NCBI GenBank assembly: GCA_965222075.1
Contig: OZ244937.1
Coordinates: 4,672,001-4,736,000 of the forward strand
Direction: 5' to 3'
Source of the DNA: Candidatus Latescibacterota bacterium
GTDB taxonomy: Bacteria > Latescibacterota > UBA2968 > GCA-2709665
DNA length: 64,000 bases
Below, piece after piece: positions 28,250 through 37,491 of this stretch (within the stretch, counting starts at the first letter, position 1; each line of letters starts with the position of its first letter). Both the position numbers and the translations under genes were made by a program. Under the pieces are notes generated by a model. The model worked only from the letters and a program-made list of their open reading frames with translations, did no database searches and had not been told where the DNA came from.

Positions 28250-30580
28250 ATGCCCATCAGCAAATCGATAGGGGCTCGAATCAAGCGGCGGGAAGATCCC
28301 CGGCTGATCCAGGGCCTTGCCACCTATGTTGACGACGTCAAACTGCCCAACACGCTTCACGTGGTCATCCTCCGAAGCCCGTACGCCCATGCCCGCATCC
28401 GGAGTATCGATACGGGTGCGGCAGAAAACCATCCGGGCGTCGTGGCCGTGGTCACGGGTGAGGATATCAAAGACAAAATCGGTTCTGTCCCCTGCGCCAC
28501 CACCGATCCGGAAGGCTTTCCCGGCATCAAGGTACCGCCCCGTCCGGTCCTGGCGCAGGAAAAGGTCCGCTTCGTCGGCGAAGCCGTTGTCGCCGTCGTC
28601 GCCGATGACAAATACACCGCCCAGGATGCGGCCGACTTAGTCGAGGTCGACTATGATCCCTTAGCCGCCGTCGCCTCCGCAGAAGACGCCCTCAAGCCGG
28701 ACGCCCCTCTCCTGTACGAACAGTTTGAAACCAACCAGGCCTTCACCTGGGCGCTTGCAGGGGGCGATATTGACGCGGCCCTGCAGGAGGCGGACCGGGT
28801 CGTCAAACAGGAAATCGCCAACCAGCGGCTTGCGCCCAACGCCATCGAACCCCGGGGTGTCCTGGCCGACTTCCAGGCGGGCGACGGCCAGCTCACCCTC
28901 TGGTCTTCCACCCAGATCCCGCACCTGCTCCGCACGCAGCTCGCCGTCATGCTCAACTTCACCGAGAACCGATTGCGGGTCATCGCCCCCGAAGTGGGCG
29001 GCGGGTTCGGCAGCAAACTCAACGTCTATGCCGAAGAGGCACTCATCGGCTACCTCTCCATCCAGCTCAAACGCCCGGTCAAATGGATCGAAGGCCGCCG
29101 GGAGAACATTCTCAACACCATCCACGGCCGGGACCAGGTCGGCGAAGTCGAAGTCGCCGTCAAAAACGACGGTACCATCACCGGCCTCAAATACACCGTC
29201 ACCACCGACGTGGGCGCCTACTACCAGCTCCTCACCCCGGCCATCCCCACGCTCACCGGTCTTATGCTCTGCGGCTCCTACAAGATTCAGAACGTCTCCA
29301 TGCAGCTCGTGGCCGCATTCACCAACAAAATGGCCACCGACGCCTACCGGGGCGCGGGCCGGCCTGAGGCCACCTACCTCGTCGAGCGCATCGTCGACTG
29401 CGTTGCCGACGAACTCGACATGGACCCACTGGACGTGCGCCGGAAAAACTTCATCGGCAGCGATGAGTTCCCCTACACCACCGGCACGGCGCTGGCCTAC
29501 GACAGCGGCGACTATACCGCCGCCCTGGACAAGGCCCTCTCCATCGTTGATTACGATGCCCTGCGCAAAGAGCAGGCCGACCTCCGGGTGCAGGGCCGCT
29601 ACCTGGGCATCGGCCTCTCCACCTACGTCGAAATCTGCGGTATGGGGCCCTCTGCGGCCATGCCCGCCGGCGGATGGGAAAGCAGCACCGTGCGGGTTGA
29701 CCCCACCGGCAAGGTGACCGTATTAAGCGGCGTGTCTCCCCACGGGCAGGGCCAGGAGACCTCCTTCGCACAGATCATCGCCGACGGCCTGGGCGTGGAT
29801 ATCGACGACGTCAAAGTCGTCCACGGCGACACCGATGCCGTGCAGTACGGCATCGGCACCTTCGGCAGCCGGGCCACCGCCGTGGGAGGCGCGGCGATGG
29901 TTATGGCCATGGACAAGATCAAGGCGAAAGTCGTCAAAATCGCCGCCCACCTCTTAGAAGCCAATCCCCAGGACATCGTCCTGGAAGACGGCAAATACAT
30001 CGTCCAGGGAAACCCGGACAGCGCCCTCACCCTGGGCGATATCTCCATGACCGCGTACGTGGGCGTCAACCTGCCCCCCGACACCGACCCCGGCCTGGCG
30101 GAGTCCCACTTCTTCGAACCCTCCAATTTCACCTACCCCTTCGGCACCCACATCGCCGTTGTGGAAGTGAGTGTGGACACCGGAGAGATCGACCTCAAAC
30201 GCTACGTTGCCGTGGACGACTGCGGCAACATCATCAACCCCATGCTCGTGGAAGGCCAGCTCCACGGCGGCATCGTGCAGGGATTGAGCCAGGCCCTCTA
30301 CGAAGAGGTCGTCTACGACGAAGACGGGCAGATGCTTACCGGATCGCTCATGGACTACGCCTTGCCCAGGGCCCACAACTTCCCCAGGTTCGAACTGGAC
30401 AACACCGTCACCCCCTCGCCCGTCAACCCGATGGGGGTCAAGGGCGTGGGCGAAGCGGGCACCATCGGCTCCACCCCGGCAATCGTCAACGCCGTGGTTG
30501 ACGCCTTAAAACCCTTCGGCGTGCGGCACATCGACATGCCTCTGCGCCCTGAGAAGATCTGGAAGCTGATGCAAACCTGA
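28250..30580 (+). CDS. coxL: Molybdopterin large subunit, form II CoxL / xanthine dehydrogenase family
   Basis: GGGFGSK, active-site AYRGAGRPE (form II), KGVGEAG. Confidence 0.88.
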   Translation: MPISKSIGARIKRREDPRLIQGLATYVDDVKLPNTLHVVILRSPYAHARIRSIDTGAAENHPGVVAVVTGEDIKDKIGSVPCATTDPEGFPGIKVPPRPVLAQEKVRFVGEAVVAVVADDKYTAQDAADLVEVDYDPLAAVASAEDALKPDAPLLYEQFETNQAFTWALAGGDIDAALQEADRVVKQEIANQRLAPNAIEPRGVLADFQAGDGQLTLWSSTQIPHLLRTQLAVMLNFTENRLRVIAPEVGGGFGSKLNVYAEEALIGYLSIQLKRPVKWIEGRRENILNTIHGRDQVGEVEVAVKNDGTITGLKYTVTTDVGAYYQLLTPAIPTLTGLMLCGSYKIQNVSMQLVAAFTNKMATDAYRGAGRPEATYLVERIVDCVADELDMDPLDVRRKNFIGSDEFPYTTGTALAYDSGDYTAALDKALSIVDYDALRKEQADLRVQGRYLGIGLSTYVEICGMGPSAAMPAGGWESSTVRVDPTGKVTVLSGVSPHGQGQETSFAQIIADGLGVDIDDVKVVHGDTDAVQYGIGTFGSRATAVGGAAMVMAMDKIKAKVVKIAAHLLEANPQDIVLEDGKYIVQGNPDSALTLGDISMTAYVGVNLPPDTDPGLAESHFFEPSNFTYPFGTHIAVVEVSVDTGEIDLKRYVAVDDCGNIINPMLVEGQLHGGIVQGLSQALYEEVVYDEDGQMLTGSLMDYALPRAHNFPRFELDNTVTPSPVNPMGVKGVGEAGTIGSTPAIVNAVVDALKPFGVRHIDMPLRPEKIWKLMQT

Positions 30581-30653
30581 CCCCCTGTCCCTCTTCCCTG
30601 CCTCCGAATGGTCTTGCACAAGGCCAAATTTAAAAATTCCTGGAGATAATACC

Positions 30654-31526
30654 ATGATTCCCAATGCTTTCGACTACCATGCCCCCAAAACGCTCAAAAA
30701 GGCCTTGAGCCTCCTCAAAGAGCACGGGGATGACGCCAAAGTCCTCGCCGGTGGGCACAGCCTGATTCCTCTCATGAAATTCCGCTTTGCCGACCCGGCC
30801 GTCGTCATCGACCTCGGCCGGGTCGGCGGTCTCAGCCGTATCCGGGTCTCCTACGACGGCACGGTCCACATCGGCGCGCTGTGTACGCACTATGCCATTG
30901 AAAGCTCCAGGCGCCTCAAAAGCAAGTGCCCCCTTCTGCCTGAAACCGCCGCAGAGATCGGCGACATGCAGGTCCGTAACCGGGGCACCATCGGCGGCAG
31001 CCTGGTCCACGCCGATCCCGCCGCAGACTGGCCCGCCGCAATCCTCGCCCTGAATGCCGAACTCGACATCGCCGGCGCAGACGGAACCCGCACGGTTTCG
31101 GCGGGCGGCTTCTTTGTGGACATGCTCACCACCGATGTACAGCCCGGCGAGATCCTCACCCAGATCCGCATGCCAGCGCCCCCCGAGCGTTCCGGCGGCG
31201 CGTATATCAAAATGCACCAGTCCGCCTCGGGCTTCGCCATCGCCGGGGTGGCCGCACAGGTCACGCTCGACGGCGATGGGAACTGCGCCTCTGTTGGCAT
31301 CGGCGTCACCGGCGTCTCTCCGGTGCCCTACCGGGCCGGCGCCGTGGAAGACGCTCTGCGGGGACAAAGGCCCGACGAGGCAGCCATCCAGGCCGCTTCG
31401 AAACAGGCCACCAGCGGCGTTGAGGACTTCCAGGAGGACCACCACGCCTCCGGCGACTACAGGGCGCACCTGGCAAAGGTCTTCACCCACCGGGCACTGA
31501 CAAAGGCCGTGGAACGGGCCGGATAA
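30654..31526 (+). CDS. coxM: FAD-binding medium subunit
   Basis: LAGGHSLIP, QVRNRGTIGGS, ADPAAD. Confidence 0.9.
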   Translation: MIPNAFDYHAPKTLKKALSLLKEHGDDAKVLAGGHSLIPLMKFRFADPAVVIDLGRVGGLSRIRVSYDGTVHIGALCTHYAIESSRRLKSKCPLLPETAAEIGDMQVRNRGTIGGSLVHADPAADWPAAILALNAELDIAGADGTRTVSAGGFFVDMLTTDVQPGEILTQIRMPAPPERSGGAYIKMHQSASGFAIAGVAAQVTLDGDGNCASVGIGVTGVSPVPYRAGAVEDALRGQRPDEAAIQAASKQATSGVEDFQEDHHASGDYRAHLAKVFTHRALTKAVERAG

Positions 31527-31544
31527 ACCTGAACGAGGTCTCCT

Positions 31545-32045
31545 TTGAAAATCGAAGGCACGCACACCATCAATGCACCCCCCGAACGCGTCTACGAAGT
31601 TCTTACCGATTCGGCGGTGCTCTCCCGGTGCCTGCCTGGCACTGAGAAACTCGAACTTGTGGGCGAAAACACCTACGACCTTGCCATCAGCGCAGGCGTA
31701 GGCGCCATCAAAGGGAAATACAGCGGCACCGTCCGCCTGGAAGACCTGAAGTCCCCGACCCACTACCGCATGGTCGTGGACGTCAAAGGCAAAACCGGCT
31801 TTGTGAAAGGAGAAGGCGTCGTTGACCTGGAGGCCGAAGGCGAGGGCACCCTTGTCGCCTACAGCGGCACCGTCCAGGTCGGTGGCCCGGTCGCTGCCGT
31901 GGGCCAGCGCTTGCACAAGAGCACGGCCAAAATGATGACCCGCCAGCTTTTCGGCGCCCTCGCCGCCGAGGCCACCGCCGCCCCCGGCGAAGAGGTCAAA
32001 CACGGCATCATCCGCGACTTCCGGCGGGGCGGCCAGAGGAGATAA
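31545..32045 (+). CDS. coxG: CoxG / SRPBCC protein
   Basis: APPERVYEVLTD..VL..CLPG and QVGGPVAAVGQRL; position after coxM. Confidence 0.85.
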   Translation: MKIEGTHTINAPPERVYEVLTDSAVLSRCLPGTEKLELVGENTYDLAISAGVGAIKGKYSGTVRLEDLKSPTHYRMVVDVKGKTGFVKGEGVVDLEAEGEGTLVAYSGTVQVGGPVAAVGQRLHKSTAKMMTRQLFGALAAEATAAPGEEVKHGIIRDFRRGGQRR

Positions 32046-32052
32046 TTTCGGA

Positions 32053-32356
32053 TCGGTAGATACCCGGGTCCGACAGTTCTTTTACTGATGGCCTTTTTCT
32101 TGTTCGCCCAAGAAAAAGGCCGAAAAAGAAGGGCGCCGCTCAAGCGCCGCGGGGGCTGCTTTTCCGCGAATAGCCCCTGGGGTGAAAACGGAAGCTTCTG
32201 CCCTGCGGACCTTTGGGGCGTTTCTGGGCGGTGGTGATGGACGGAACCGCGCGGAAAAGCCCCTTCCCCCCGGACCTTTGGGGCGTTTCTGGGCGGGGGA
32301 GGCGAAACCGAACCTTCCCCCCGCCCCGAAGGCGGGGGAGGCGAAACCGAACCTTT
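32053..32356. repeat. 220-bp structured repeat, copy 2, with internally duplicated tail
   Basis: 32053-32272 matches copy 1. CGGACCTTTGGGGCGTTTCTGGGCGG occurs twice and GGGGGAGGCGAAACCGAACCTT occurs twice. Confidence 0.9.
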
Positions 32357-32405
32357 TCGCTCGCGCTGGGGAACTCATCGGAAATTTTCAACTTCTGAGG
32401 GATTC

Positions 32406-32771
32406 ATGCCCTTCATCAACTGGAACGACATCCCCACCAACGAACTCGCCCCCGGCATCCGCATCCGGGCGCCTTATGGTGAAAACCTCATGATCTCCCA
32501 CCTGGACATGGACGAGGGCGCCGTTGTCCCCCTCCACCACCACCCCCACGAGCAGGGCGGCATCCTCTTAGAGGGCCGGATGGAACTCACCATCGGTGAG
32601 GAGACCCGTGTTGTCGAAAAGGGCGAAGCCTACCTCATTCCTCCCCACGTACCCCACCGCGCCGTGGCTCTGGACGGTCCTGCCGTGGCTCTGGATATTT
32701 TCACTCCGGTCCGCGAGGACTACGTCGAACTCGGCAACCGCTACATCCCTCCTGCGGATGCCCGGAAATAA
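32406..32771 (+). CDS. Cupin domain protein
   Basis: PLHHHPHEQ...G...IPPHVPH; [10 protein letters not shown]. Confidence 0.88.
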   Translation: MPFINWNDIPTNELAPGIRIRAPYGENLMISHLDMDEGAVVPLHHHPHEQGGILLEGRMELTIGEETRVVEKGEAYLIPPHVPHRAVALDGPAVALDIFTPVREDYVELGNRYIPPADARK

Positions 32772-32812
32772 AAAACGCTCCCGAAAAATGCATTCCCGGG
32801 AGCGTGTGTGTT
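32771..32812 (-). terminator. Terminator hairpin between the convergent cupin and ECF genes
   Basis: ACGCTCCCG...CGGGAGCGT stem with an A-run on the left (U-tract on the minus strand). Confidence 0.55.
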
Positions 32813-32845
32813 TATCTCCGCCTGCCTGAAGTCAAAACCGCTTTT

Positions 32846-35302
32846 TCACTCCTCGGCAACCAGCCGCTCGATCTCCCGCTTAAAATTCTCGTACGATCGA
32901 TATTGATCGTGTCCCGCCTGGCGGTAGCGGACGCCCCCTTTTTTATCCAGCACAAAAGTCGTTGGAATCATCTGAATGCGGAGCTTGCTGTGCAGATTCG
33001 CCTCGGCCGTATCGAAAACCTGGGGAAAAGACGTTAAATGCCGGTCCATCGCCACCTTCACAACCTCTCGATCGTTTTCCACACTGCCCATCCTTCCCAG
33101 CCGGGTGTGGATGCCGATTACTTCAACGGACTGGTCTTTATACCCTTTGTAAAGCCTGTCCAGTATCGGCATCTCCATAAAGCACGCCCCGCACCAGAAG
33201 GCCCAGAAATTCACAACCGCGACCTTGCCCTTCAAATCAGACAGGCTGATGGCCCTCCCCTCCAGGGTGTGCAGCGTAAAATCCGGAAACGGGAACTTGG
33301 GAATCGGCTTGTTGTCGATCTGAGGCTCCGGCAGCTTTTTTTCAAGCGCCTCGCGGAACCGGTCGTAGCCTTCGCCGGAGCCGTACTTACGTTCATACGT
33401 GCGTCGCATCCCCAACCAGATCTCGGAATGAAGCGGCTCCCGGTGGAGGCCCTGGGTATAATAGTCTATTGCCGTATCGAAATCACCTTTCCGCTCTTTT
33501 AGCTGTCCCAAATCCTTCAGCATTTCAAGCGACCACCACTTGCTCTTCACAAGATTACTCTGTGAAGGAAGGCTTTTGAAAGTGTAAAGCGCCCGCTCCA
33601 ATGCACGTTCGGCCTGGTTGTCCGCTCCCGTCAGTAAGTACAACTGACCCAGTGTCTGGAGGTACTGGAAACGGCGTTCCTCAATACGAGGCGGCGGAAT
33701 ATTGGGTTCTGATTCAATCGATTCAAGGGCTTTCCTGGCAAAATGAACTGCGGTTGATAAGTAACGCTTCGTCTCCTGTCCGGGTGGTATCATCATTCCG
33801 CCCAAAGATTGTGCAACCTGCCAGTACGCATGTGCGTGGGGGTTCCAGATTACGGCGCTGTCTACCATTGCATGGACGGTCGCACTGTCGGAAACGATGC
33901 AGTAGGCGTGCAGGGAGTGCAGAAAAGCGGTTCCGCGGTCAATATAGGTCGGGTATTCGTTCAACAGCTTTTCAAGCAACTCTACGGACCGCTGCGGGTC
34001 GTGCTGGGCACCCGTCGCCGCCATAGCCAACAACTTCTCCTCTTCCCTGGATTGTGTTATTTTCACCCCGGGAGGGTGGTGGTTGAAACGCCTTCTGGCT
34101 TGCCTGCGTGGATCGTGATCCAGGGTAAGGACCGTGAAATACCTTCCTCTGGGGAACTTTCCTTTGTTCAGCGTCACCGTATATTCGCCTGCCGGTTGTG
34201 GTCTGTACACCGGCATTGCAACGGCCATGCCTGGTCTGTCGTACACCTCCAGCTCAACGTGTGCGGACTCAGGAACCGTATAGGTAATCATAACCACCGA
34301 ATCCGTCGGTGCACCCGAAATTCCGAGCTTCGGCCTGGGCGTCTCGCTCCCGGCCTTCCGGGGCTTCCGCGCCTGTTGCGCACTGACCTGTAGCGCCGCA
34401 TCCTGCCCGGATACCTGCGCCTTGTCTCCGGCTCTTCGCCTCTCATCCCCTTCCAGTTCCAGCATCACTGTCGGTAGCCCTTCCGCTACCCTGAAGATGG
34501 TCGTCCGGCCGTACTGAATCACCGCGGAGATCCCCGTAAAATAAAGCGCCGTTCCCAGGGTCGCCGCGCCGAGCAGCCCCAGCGCCTTCCAGAGTGCGCC
34601 TGCCTTCAAAAAGCCGGACAGCCCTGCGCCCTGGGGCACCGATGGCAAAAAGAATGGCCCTGGCAGCGCAGCCATTACCTTTCGCGTCAGCTCAGATGTC
34701 GGTCGCTGCGCCTTCAGCGTCTCCTCTACAACCGGCCGCAGTTCTTCTCGAAGCTGATCCCGGGCCACCTGCAGCCTGCCGAGCACCGTAGTTTCCGGAA
34801 CCTCAAGCAACCCGGCGATCTCCCTGTACGTCATCCCCTCCATATAGTGCAGCAGCACGGCCTCCCGGTGCTTCTCCGAAAGTGCTTCAACCGCCCCAAG
34901 CACCCGGTTCCGCATCTCTTCCACCTCGTAAAGACTGTCCGGGGCCTGGGGCAGACGGACAAATGTCTCCGGCAGGATCTCGCTCTGAAGGGCCGCTTCC
35001 TCCGAACGGTCTAAATTGTCAATCGGCACGTCCGGCTTGCGTTTCTGAATCCACTTATTGGAAAGATTCACCGCAATACCCCGGACCCAGGCCGGAAACT
35101 TTCCCGGGTCCTTCAACGATTTCAGATGCAGATAGGCCTCTACAAAGGTCTCCTGGACAAGGTCCTCTGCTGAGGCAAAATTGCCCGTCTTTCCCACCAC
35201 CAGGGCATACACCGCCCCCTTATGCCGCTCGACAAGCGCTTCAAATGCGTCTTCATCGCCCGACAGAACTTGCCGGACCAGTGTGCCGTCAGCCCCGGTC
35301 AT
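32846..35302 (-). CDS. ECF sigma factor fused via a TM helix to Ig-like, TPR and TlpA thioredoxin domains
   Basis: AEDLVQETF (sigma2); LHYMEGMTYREIA (sigma4); hydrophobic ALGLLGAATLGTALYF; TPRs; VVNFWAFWCGAC. Confidence 0.85.
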   Translation of the reverse strand: MTGADGTLVRQVLSGDEDAFEALVERHKGAVYALVVGKTGNFASAEDLVQETFVEAYLHLKSLKDPGKFPAWVRGIAVNLSNKWIQKRKPDVPIDNLDRSEEAALQSEILPETFVRLPQAPDSLYEVEEMRNRVLGAVEALSEKHREAVLLHYMEGMTYREIAGLLEVPETTVLGRLQVARDQLREELRPVVEETLKAQRPTSELTRKVMAALPGPFFLPSVPQGAGLSGFLKAGALWKALGLLGAATLGTALYFTGISAVIQYGRTTIFRVAEGLPTVMLELEGDERRRAGDKAQVSGQDAALQVSAQQARKPRKAGSETPRPKLGISGAPTDSVVMITYTVPESAHVELEVYDRPGMAVAMPVYRPQPAGEYTVTLNKGKFPRGRYFTVLTLDHDPRRQARRRFNHHPPGVKITQSREEEKLLAMAATGAQHDPQRSVELLEKLLNEYPTYIDRGTAFLHSLHAYCIVSDSATVHAMVDSAVIWNPHAHAYWQVAQSLGGMMIPPGQETKRYLSTAVHFARKALESIESEPNIPPPRIEERRFQYLQTLGQLYLLTGADNQAERALERALYTFKSLPSQSNLVKSKWWSLEMLKDLGQLKERKGDFDTAIDYYTQGLHREPLHSEIWLGMRRTYERKYGSGEGYDRFREALEKKLPEPQIDNKPIPKFPFPDFTLHTLEGRAISLSDLKGKVAVVNFWAFWCGACFMEMPILDRLYKGYKDQSVEVIGIHTRLGRMGSVENDREVVKVAMDRHLTSFPQVFDTAEANLHSKLRIQMIPTTFVLDKKGGVRYRQAGHDQYRSYENFKREIERLVAEE

Positions 35303-35481
35303 AAGCGCTCCGCCTTTCAGGGGTAGGGTTCAAATCCGCTCCTGCATTGCTCCATTCCCAACTTCTACATGATAGTGACGCCAGAGGCCAAATCCTAAAA
35401 AAATAACCCTTCCAGCGGGGAAGAGCGCGCATCGCCCTGGATGTTGTACCGGCTGAAGCCGGAGGTAAAACCCGTTTTTTC

Positions 35482-35510
35482 TTGACACATCCTCCTTTGA
35501 AACCTATTTT
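35482..35510 (+). promoter_or_regulatory. Sigma70 promoter of the pheST leader
   Basis: TTGACA-17 bp-TATTTT directly before the T-box. Confidence 0.65.
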
Positions 35511-35516
35511 TTCTTT

Positions 35517-35845
35517 AAAGCTGTGACGGAGGAAAGTACGCTGTCCCCGGCCGGACAGGGAGGGGGCGCCCCGGATTGAGAGCGTCCCTGCGGTATGAGC
35601 AGTGGAAGTTCCCTCCCGAGCTGCAAGGCTGAATGCAATTTCAGTCCCGGGTCACCCCCGGTTTGTACCCGGTTTTGACTCGCGCCTGTCTTTGTTATTA
35701 GGCCACGCCGGTTGCTCTCGCCGTAAAAAGAGAGGGGCAGTACTGGCTGTCCGCAAAGCGGCGCTCCACCGGGGCGCAAATAGGGTGGTACCGCGGAAGG
35801 AAACAAACCCTTTCGTCCCTAAGCTGGATGAAAGGGTCTTTTTAT
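35517..35845 (+). promoter_or_regulatory. T-box riboswitch (Phe specifier), transcription-terminator type
   Basis: GCTGTGA/GAGC GA motif; AG bulge and GATTGAGA loop; GAAG-TTC specifier (35609-35611); AGGG-TGGTACC-GCG...CGTCCCT antiterminator (35782-35820); terminator ACCCTTTCGTCC/GGATGAAAGGGT plus T-run. Confidence 0.9.
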
Positions 35846-35916
35846 GTTTAGAAGCTGTTCATCGGTCGTGGCAGGGAAGTGACTGCCACACCCACTCATC
35901 AACCGGAGATCCCACG

Positions 35917-37482
35917 TTGCAGCAAAACACCCGAATCGACCTGGCGTCTCTCCACGCCCTCGAAATCCGCACCCTCCGCGCCTACCGGGACCGGAAGGAC
36001 GCCGACTGTTCCGATGCCGCCCTCTTGGAAGCGTCGGGCCTTGGTCCCGGCCAGCTCCGGCGGGCCGTCGAATGGCTGCTCTCCAAAGGCCTCCTGGAGG
36101 TCGGTGCCGAAAAGACCGTCGCGGCCGTATCGCTCACCGAACGGGGCGTTGACTGCGTAGAAAAAGGCGCAACCCCCGAAACCGCCCTCGTCTCCCGTGC
36201 CGCAGAAGGGCCTGCGCCCACCCTCAAAGAACTCCAGGCGGACACCCAATTCGACCGGGGCGAATGGGGCAGCGCCTTTGGCGGCCTCAAGGGGGAAGGC
36301 GTCATTCAACTCGAAGGGGAAACCATCCGGATCGCCGATGCGGACAAAGCCGCCTTTTACAAAGACCGGCTCATCCCCGAACTCTTCGGACGCTTTCCGG
36401 ACCCCGGCCAAACGGTCCTCCTCGCCGACCTCCCACAGGATATCCAGGCCTACGTTCAGGACCGCACCCGCAAACGGGGCAAGGGCAGGGGCCCCGTTCG
36501 CCTGGACGAACACCTGGAGCGGGCCTACCGCCTCACCCCATCGGGCGTCCGGACCCTGTGCAGCGTCATAGAGGCGAACCTCACCGGCGAAGAGGTCTCC
36601 CGCCTCACTCCCGACCTGCTCCAGAACGGCTCCTGGAAAGGCGTCACCTTTCGCCGCTACGACCTCTCCCTAAAGCCTCCGCGGGTGCTCATCGGGCGGC
36701 ACCACGCCTACCGGAACTACTTAGACGGCGTGCGCCGCAAGCTCCTCGCCCTCGGCTTCGAGGAAATGAAAGGCCCCTTCGTCGAAACCGAATTCTGGAA
36801 CATGGACGCCCTCTTCATGCCCCAGTTTCACTCCGCCCGGGACATCCACGATGCCTACTACATCAAAAATCCCACACATTCCAGAACCCCGGAAGAGCCT
36901 TACTTCACCCGGGTCGGCGGTGTCCACACCAGCGGCGGAGACACCGGCTCCCGCGGCTGGCGCTACCCCTTCGACCCCGACCGCTCCCGGCGTCTGGTCC
37001 TCCGTACCCAGGGAACCGCCCTCTCGGCGCGAACCCTGGCATCGGCCCCCAATATCCCGGGCAAATACTTCGCCATCGCCCGCTGCTTCCGTCCCGACGA
37101 CGTGGACGCCACCCACGCCGCCGATTTCTTCCAGGTCGAAGGCATCGTCCTGGGCGTCAACATCAACTTCCGTAGCCTGTTGGGCCTGCTCAAACTCTTC
37201 GCCCTGGAAATCGCCCAGTCCGATGACGTGCGCTACGTGCCCGACTACTTCCCCTTCACCGAACCCTCGGTGGAGCTCCAGGCGCAGCACCCCACCCTCG
37301 GCTGGATCGAACTGGGCGGCGCCGGCCTCTTCCGCCCCGAGGTCACGCATCCCCTCGGCGTCGAAGTGCCCGTCATCGCCTGGGGCCTCGGCGTAGACCG
37401 GATGGCCATGGTCGCCCTGGGAATCGACGATATCCGGGACCTCTTCAGCGCCGATTTAGACTTTATTCGCAACGAAAGGTAG
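35917..37482 (+). CDS. pheS: Phenylalanine-tRNA ligase alpha subunit, archaeal/eukaryotic type
   Basis: About 521 aa from TTG 35917 (GGAG RBS). Long N-terminal wHTH-like region; FWNMDALFMPQFHSARD, FFQVEG, YFPFTEPS, GLFRPEV, AWGLGVDR. Confidence 0.92.
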   Translation: MQQNTRIDLASLHALEIRTLRAYRDRKDADCSDAALLEASGLGPGQLRRAVEWLLSKGLLEVGAEKTVAAVSLTERGVDCVEKGATPETALVSRAAEGPAPTLKELQADTQFDRGEWGSAFGGLKGEGVIQLEGETIRIADADKAAFYKDRLIPELFGRFPDPGQTVLLADLPQDIQAYVQDRTRKRGKGRGPVRLDEHLERAYRLTPSGVRTLCSVIEANLTGEEVSRLTPDLLQNGSWKGVTFRRYDLSLKPPRVLIGRHHAYRNYLDGVRRKLLALGFEEMKGPFVETEFWNMDALFMPQFHSARDIHDAYYIKNPTHSRTPEEPYFTRVGGVHTSGGDTGSRGWRYPFDPDRSRRLVLRTQGTALSARTLASAPNIPGKYFAIARCFRPDDVDATHAADFFQVEGIVLGVNINFRSLLGLLKLFALEIAQSDDVRYVPDYFPFTEPSVELQAQHPTLGWIELGGAGLFRPEVTHPLGVEVPVIAWGLGVDRMAMVALGIDDIRDLFSADLDFIRNER

Positions 37483-37491
37483 AGGAGGCCC

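Noticed and set aside
32206-32356. CRISPR-like array
   Set aside because: Only pairs of 22-26-bp duplications within a repeat element; no regular spacers and no cas genes.
35602-35916. N-terminal extension of PheS in the ORF track
   Set aside because: It is the T-box leader; the RBS supports TTG 35917.
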